From: a virus
Lineage: Duplodnaviria > Caudoviricetes
Direction: 5' to 3' (one strand)
Length of the DNA stretch: 60,942 nt
IMG/VR virus record: IMGVR_UViG_3300036908_000165
Location: 1-60,942 of that record
Each line of letters begins with the position of its first letter. Positions within the stretch are counted from its first letter, which is position 1. A program made the translations under genes and the position numbers. Below are positions 55,784 through 60,942 of the stretch, one piece after another. The notes under the pieces are model-generated. The model was not told the origin of the DNA and searched no databases. It saw only the letters and a program-made list of their open reading frames with translations.

Positions 55784-58333
55784 TCACGCGAAGAACGCGT
55801 CTTGCTCGGTGTAGCCTATCACGAGATCGGCCAGGGTGAAATCTAGGCTGTTGCTGGCAAAGCGCAAGCCCATGGAGAAGAAGGCGTTGCCCTGGATCGA
55901 CGTGCCCCAGACGTTCCAAGCCGGCGGCGGAGACGCCATGGCGACCTGGTTGAGGAACGGCGCCGACACACCTTCCGGCACGGTGACAGCGAAGCCGTTG
56001 ATCGCGCCGCCGCCCATGCCGGAGATCGTCGCCGTCAACGCGCCGCTGATTCCGACCTCGCCGGCGGAGTTGTCCTGCGCCTGCATCCAGACACCTTGCG
56101 CCGCCTTTTCGATGAAGATGCGATCGGACCCGTAGAGCTTCGTGTCGAACCGCTTCTGCAACGCCGATGACGGTGCAGCGAACAGCGGATAGATCGACGA
56201 CCCATCGGACCCGTAGGCGGCGTAGACGCTGCCCTGCTTCTGCGTCGCAATGAAACTGAGATCGACGGTCTGCGTGGTGACGACCCAGTCCTTTTCGTTC
56301 CACGTCGCCATGACGTTGCGCGTCGCGCCCGTGTCGGGATCGACGACCGTCATCAGCAGCATGTAGTGCTTGATGTTGAAGATCGTCGCGATCGCCGAGC
56401 ACGGCGTCACCGCGCCCGCCGTCGGCGGGAAGATCGCATTGGTGAACAACTGATCGAGCTTGCCGCTGATCTTGGTCGCCGCGCCGCCGTAGAGCCCGTA
56501 GATCCCGGCTCGATTGGCAAAAATCGTCGAACGGCTGAAATCCTGCAACGAATCACGCCACGCGCAACCCGCCTGCGGATCGACGTTCTGGTAGTTGAAC
56601 GTCGTCGTCGACGGACTGCCCGACGTGTTGACGTTGGAAATGACGCTGACCGAACCATTGCCGAGTGCGTAGAGATAGCCCGAAGACTGGCGAACCTGTG
56701 TGTACTGAATGTCGAGAAAGGCGTCGGTGTTGATCGCGCTGACGCCGCCATCCGAAGTGGCGAAATCAGTAAATGAGCCTGGCGCAGACGCCTGCCAATT
56801 GCCACCGGGCGGCAGCGCCGAATACGGCGACGGCGCCGGATCAAAAATCCATATCCGCGACAGGTAGGTCTCCATCACCGAACCGCTGACGCCAAACGGC
56901 ATCAGCGTCAGCGTCGCCGCGGCGGCGTTGTTGGCGCCGGGTTGAACGATAATCGCAGGCGCCGTCGTGTAGTACTGACCGACAGCCGACACTTCAACCG
57001 AACCGATCGACGTCGGCGCGTACAAAACCGTGGCGCCGGCGCCTGAACCGCCGCCGCCGGTGAACGTAACTTGGATCGGCCCCGTGTAACCAGAGCCGAC
57101 GTTCGTCAACGTGACGTGGCCCACCGCGTCGCCACTAAGAACCGCCGTCGCCGCGGCGCCTGAGCCGCCACCGCCAACGAACGCTATCGTCGGCGCTGAA
57201 GTGTAGCCGGAGCCGCCTGCCGTCAGATTCACCGAGGCAACGCTCGTTGCGGTGAGCACCGCGATCGCAACAGCGCCTGCGCCTGCGCCGCCGATGATCT
57301 CCAGCAGCGGAACCGACGTGAAGTTGCTGCCGCCGTTGGCGACTGCAATGCTGACGACGCCAGACGGAACCAGAACCGCGCTCGCCTGGGCGCCGACGCC
57401 GTCGCCAACGATGAGCACGCCTGGCGCTGTCGTGTAGCCGGAGCCGATGTTGGTCATCACGACCGCCGTAATAGCCCCGCCGACGATCGTCGCCGTCGCT
57501 ATCGCGCCGGAACCGCCACCGCCGCCAGTGAACTGAACGCTGGCAAACGTGTAGCCCGAACCGGGAACCGTGATCGTCACGCCGGCGACAGACGTCGCGG
57601 TTAACGCGGCGACGAGAACCGGCGACGTATCGGACCCGCCGCCGCTGAACGCCACCTGGACGACGTCACCCGGTTCGTAACCCGAGCCGGGGTTGGTGAT
57701 GTTCATCTCGACGACCTGGCCGCCGAGAATGACCGGCGTGATCGCGATGCCCGAGCCAAAACCGCCGTAAACCGTCAGATTCGGCAGCGACGAATAGGCG
57801 GCGCCGCCCGAAGTGATGTTGACGCCGGCCGGCGCAACCGTTCCGGCCGAATAGAGCAGCACGCCATCCCACGCCCAGTAATCGTTCTGCGTGTTGCGAT
57901 TGCTGATGACCAGGTACTGCGTGCCCCACTGCCGTGCGTAGGGCAAATAGCCGGTCGAAGCCTGGTAAAACACGCCGGGCGGGCCGATCTGCGTCTGCGC
58001 CAGCGTCGACATGCTGACCTGAACGGCCGAGCCGTCGGAAAGAAAAACCGCGCAATAATAGACGATTCCGATGTTGAAGAAGCACTTCCAGACGATCGTC
58101 AGGCCACCCGGCGCCGTGAAGATCGGCGCGCCTTTGTCCCACACCGTGCGCAGGTTGCCGTCGCCCAGTCGAACGAAATTCTCCAGCCACAGAAACTCGT
58201 TGTCGGCGACAGCGATCGGCGACGCCTGAACGTTCATTCCGCCGAACGGAAATGGGGAGTAGGTTTTGAATCCATCCGGCAGGCCGAGCGATTGCTGAGC
58301 CTTCGACGAAATCTGGCCGCGCGGATCAGGCAT
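55784..58333 (-). CDS. Tail nozzle/tubular-B-like protein with inserted GSGYTxAP repeats
   Basis: 849 aa; FGGMN start motif; lies between the adaptor and ejection genes. Confidence 0.65.
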   Translation of the reverse strand: MPDPRGQISSKAQQSLGLPDGFKTYSPFPFGGMNVQASPIAVADNEFLWLENFVRLGDGNLRTVWDKGAPIFTAPGGLTIVWKCFFNIGIVYYCAVFLSDGSAVQVSMSTLAQTQIGPPGVFYQASTGYLPYARQWGTQYLVISNRNTQNDYWAWDGVLLYSAGTVAPAGVNITSGGAAYSSLPNLTVYGGFGSGIAITPVILGGQVVEMNITNPGSGYEPGDVVQVAFSGGGSDTSPVLVAALTATSVAGVTITVPGSGYTFASVQFTGGGGGSGAIATATIVGGAITAVVMTNIGSGYTTAPGVLIVGDGVGAQASAVLVPSGVVSIAVANGGSNFTSVPLLEIIGGAGAGAVAIAVLTATSVASVNLTAGGSGYTSAPTIAFVGGGGSGAAATAVLSGDAVGHVTLTNVGSGYTGPIQVTFTGGGGSGAGATVLYAPTSIGSVEVSAVGQYYTTAPAIIVQPGANNAAAATLTLMPFGVSGSVMETYLSRIWIFDPAPSPYSALPPGGNWQASAPGSFTDFATSDGGVSAINTDAFLDIQYTQVRQSSGYLYALGNGSVSVISNVNTSGSPSTTTFNYQNVDPQAGCAWRDSLQDFSRSTIFANRAGIYGLYGGAATKISGKLDQLFTNAIFPPTAGAVTPCSAIATIFNIKHYMLLMTVVDPDTGATRNVMATWNEKDWVVTTQTVDLSFIATQKQGSVYAAYGSDGSSIYPLFAAPSSALQKRFDTKLYGSDRIFIEKAAQGVWMQAQDNSAGEVGISGALTATISGMGGGAINGFAVTVPEGVSAPFLNQVAMASPPPAWNVWGTSIQGNAFFSMGLRFASNSLDFTLADLVIGYTEQDAFFA

Positions 58334-58601
58334 TGCGCGCCTCCGCGGCGGCGCGCTCGGCGTCCAGCACCTTCTGGAACGCCTCTTGCGTGCGGGCGAT
58401 CGTCATCGTGCTGGCGACGATCGCAGCGCGCTGCGCCTCACGAATCTTCTCTGTTCCGGGCTGTGAACCGAGATCGATCAGCGTGTCGAGCAGCAGCGCC
58501 AGCGTCGCCGTGCGCACCGGCGTCTCGATACGCGCCGGGTCGAGCCCGTCGCGGATCACGCGGGCCTGGGCGACAGTGGAGGCGATGCGGTCATGCGGCA
58601 T
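58326..58601 (-). CDS. Hypothetical protein
   Basis: Start MPHDRI; overlaps the nozzle start. Confidence 0.5.
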   Translation of the reverse strand: MPHDRIASTVAQARVIRDGLDPARIETPVRTATLALLLDTLIDLGSQPGTEKIREAQRAAIVASTMTIARTQEAFQKVLDAERAAAEARNA

Positions 58602-58605
58602 TGTG

Positions 58606-58995
58606 TCACGACTTTCGCTTTCGCCTATTTTTCCTCGCCTCGACCATCCGTCGCTCGTAGTCCTTCTCCGCTTCTTCCTCGGCGATTCTCTCTTTCTCAT
58701 CTTGCACATAGCGAAACGCCGCAACGAGAGGCTGAATCAACCGCTGCGGAACGCCAAGAGACTCAAATCGGCTATAGAGACTATTTTCCAACACGAAGAT
58801 TTCATCGAGGCTAAGAACACCTCTGTTCTCGTCCAACCCAATCTTGAGATTCAGCGCCGTAGACCACGCTTTCTTAACACTCTCATCCGAGCCAAGATGC
58901 TCAAGCACCTCAGCTTTGACATGATCGTAGAAATTGATCACCAAGCCATTGGGGCGTGTGAACGTCGACATAACAGGAAGCGATTCTTTTACCAT
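58606..58995 (-). CDS. AT-rich hypothetical protein
   Basis: AGGAG RBS. Confidence 0.6.
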   Translation of the reverse strand: MVKESLPVMSTFTRPNGLVINFYDHVKAEVLEHLGSDESVKKAWSTALNLKIGLDENRGVLSLDEIFVLENSLYSRFESLGVPQRLIQPLVAAFRYVQDEKERIAEEEAEKDYERRMVEARKNRRKRKS

Positions 58996-59004
58996 AACAC
59001 ACTC

Positions 59005-59211
59005 CTAACTAACAGCATGATTGACGGGGACGGTCATATCGGAGAAAAAAGTTTTAACCTCGTGGGGACTAAAAGTATTATTATGCAGTTCAAAGATTTT
59101 TGTGAAAATTTGTGTCCAAAACTTCACATGGGGTTGTTCGAACGCGGGAATATATGGGGCGCCGTCGTTAACGGCAAACATGCGTCCATAATTCTCTACA
59201 GCCTGTACCAT
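59005..59211 (-). CDS. AT-rich hypothetical protein
   Basis: 68-aa ORF; weak RBS. Confidence 0.4.
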   Translation of the reverse strand: MVQAVENYGRMFAVNDGAPYIPAFEQPHVKFWTQIFTKIFELHNNTFSPHEVKTFFSDMTVPVNHAVS

Positions 59212-59278
59212 GATAAGACACCGTGCTTGGCTAGAAAATCACGTGCTGCTACCGCTCTGTACTGCAAACACATATATT

Positions 59279-60079
59279 CTACAGATAAGAACTATAGTAT
59301 GACTTGACCTTGCCGCCGTCCACGGCGACGCGCGCGACACCTATGCCATCGGCAAACTGACTCTCCATCGCCTGCGCCTGAGCGTAGCGGCCACGCGCCA
59401 TGAACGAGAACTTGGCGGCGCCGAACATCAGAGCGTCCCGAAACGCGCTGGGAATGACGTCGAAATCATCGTCGGTGTTCAGGTTCTTCGGCGTGCAGAT
59501 CGCGTCGAGCTCCATCTCGGTCGCCTGAGACGGCGCAGGATACACCCAAATCTCGCCCTGGGGTCCGTCGTTGTAGACCGACCACAGCACCGGCCACGAC
59601 GTGTTCAGCACCGAGTAAGCGCGCGCATAGGCCTGGAGATCGTCCCACGGCATCCAGTCGAGTTGCGGCCGCGTCGTGCCGCCCCAGTTGACCGCCAGCG
59701 CAACTGCGTCGATCACTTCGTCGCAGCCGGCGTACTGAGCCTGGAGAGCGGGGTTGAAGAAGCCGACGAACGGATAGCGCTCGACGTTGGCGATCGTCAT
59801 CATCGCGTTCTGCACCGCGCCATACGACCCCGACAACGCCTGCGGAAAAGCGCCGGGCAGCGCGCCGGGCTGCATCGCGCCAGGAATCGCATAGCCGGGC
59901 TGCGCGCTCGCGCCGAACGCCGACTGACCCGTCACCAGCCGACGAATGCACGCCGTGCGCTTGGCGCAGTCACGCCTCGCCTGGTTTACCCAGCGGGTTA
60001 GCTGCGGCTTCGACGTGAAGCTGTAGTTGGGGTCGTTTAAAAGTTGGGACGTGTCGTTGAGGATCTGGGATAGCGACAT
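59279..60079 (-). CDS. Head-tail adaptor (tubular-A-like)
   Basis: LTRWVNQARRD, IWVYPAPSQ, IPSAFRDALMFGAA. Confidence 0.7.
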   Translation of the reverse strand: MSLSQILNDTSQLLNDPNYSFTSKPQLTRWVNQARRDCAKRTACIRRLVTGQSAFGASAQPGYAIPGAMQPGALPGAFPQALSGSYGAVQNAMMTIANVERYPFVGFFNPALQAQYAGCDEVIDAVALAVNWGGTTRPQLDWMPWDDLQAYARAYSVLNTSWPVLWSVYNDGPQGEIWVYPAPSQATEMELDAICTPKNLNTDDDFDVIPSAFRDALMFGAAKFSFMARGRYAQAQAMESQFADGIGVARVAVDGGKVKSYYSSYL

Positions 60080-60091
60080 GAGCCACCAATG

Positions 60092-60123
60092 AAAAACCCG
60101 CGCCCGCTGTTCGCAGGCGCGGG
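60092..60123 (-). terminator. Intrinsic terminator after the head operon
   Basis: CCCGCGCC...GGCGCGGG followed by TTTTT on the minus strand. Confidence 0.75.
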
Positions 60124-60147
60124 CCCTGAAACACCGTCAGCGTCGTG

Positions 60148-60423
60148 TCAGGCCTTGAGCGGGTCGACCGGAGCGACCGGCGTCTTGACGTTCAAAACCT
60201 CGACCGGGAACTTGGCCGTGAACGGCGCACCCGCCGTCGTGAAGCCGTAGCAGACGGCGACGAGAGACTCTTCGACGAAAGTGGCGCCCGGCGTCATCGG
60301 CGAAATCACGCCCAGGGAATCGGCCGTCGCGAAGCCAATGACCGTGAGGTCCGGGCTTCCCGACTTGAGATTGACGACGTCGCCAATCGAAACTGCTTTG
60401 AACTTCGTGACAATTTGGGTCAT
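60148..60423 (-). CDS. DUF2158/YodC-like protein
   Basis: IGDVVNLKSGSPDLTV; CAGGAG RBS. Confidence 0.7.
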   Translation of the reverse strand: MTQIVTKFKAVSIGDVVNLKSGSPDLTVIGFATADSLGVISPMTPGATFVEESLVAVCYGFTTAGAPFTAKFPVEVLNVKTPVAPVDPLKA

Positions 60424-60466
60424 GTGCGTAACTCCTGTTGAACTAACCACCTCGGCCGGCCGCCGA

Positions 60467-60942
60467 TCAGAACTGCATCATATACGTGTCGTCGGATGCA
60501 AAATAGCCCATCGTCGCCAGCGCCGTAACCAGCGCACCCGCCGCCGGGCCAGCGGGAGCGTTGACGATCATCAGCGGCGTGCCGGTGTAGATACCGCCGT
60601 CGCGAACCACCCACGAACCATACGCCGGCAACGTGCCGCCCGACTCCGTCGCCGTCAGGAAAGCCTGACGCGTCCTGACCAAATTGGCCTGAATTGCGGT
60701 GTTGAGCACGGTGGAGTTGGCAGCGGTCGGCTGATCGACGCCGGTCGCAGTAACCTGCGTGGCGTTGGAGCCGCCGATGCCCGACGTACCGTTGCCGTAG
60801 GTGCCGGACTGCAGGCCGACGATCGACCAATCCATGATCGCCGTGACAGCCGCCGAACCAAGCGCCGACGACAGGGTCAGCGCCGGAATCGACGTCGCCG
60901 AACCGGCAGTGAAGGCGATCGGATTGCCGTGGTCGAGGCAGA
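60467..60942 (-). CDS. 3' part of a structural protein, probably the gene starting at 357
   Basis: Frame is open to the window end; G/T/A-rich like 1-357. Confidence 0.6.
   Translation of the reverse strand, partial: CLDHGNPIAFTAGSATSIPALTLSSALGSAAVTAIMDWSIVGLQSGTYGNGTSGIGGSNATQVTATGVDQPTAANSTVLNTAIQANLVRTRQAFLTATESGGTLPAYGSWVVRDGGIYTGTPLMIVNAPAGPAAGALVTALATMGYFASDDTYMMQF

Noticed and set aside
1-60942. Exact circular closure of the window
   Set aside because: Joining position 1 to 60942 puts the two gene halves out of frame and I saw no terminal overlap, so some sequence is missing.

Overview
A nearly complete (~61 kb, GC-rich) tailed dsDNA phage genome of podovirus-like architecture, linearised inside a structural gene that appears in pieces at both window ends. 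GapR/DUF2312 and DUF3309-like genes suggest an alphaproteobacterial host (inference). Modules: head and packaging (capsid, scaffold, an oppositely oriented portal, large terminase; 1-8.1 kb), small accessory genes and a serine resolvase (8-14.8 kb), replication and DNA modification (putative origin, Prim-Pol/AAA helicase, family A polymerase, adenine and cytosine MTases, SSB, Cas4-like nuclease, SNF2 helicase, RuvC-like resolvase, dCMP deaminase; 14.8-31.3 kb), lysis (32-36.3 kb), and tail/ejection genes (36.3-60.9 kb). Highlights: (1) a cas-less mini CRISPR array of type II-C format (2 identical 36-nt repeats, 30-nt spacer) just downstream of the SSB gene; (2) five tail-module genes with Sec-type signal peptides, most of them Cys-rich; (3) a cytosine MTase with a beta-like subunit and an HNH nuclease overprinted in its +1 frame; (4) a helicase whose Walker A motif is split by a G GGA AAA -1 slippery heptamer; (5) three insertions flanked by duplicated gene ends; (6) an 83-bp inverted copy of the nuclease 5' end; (7) recurrent operator-like palindromes. 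All product calls come from motif recognition by eye; no database searches were run.
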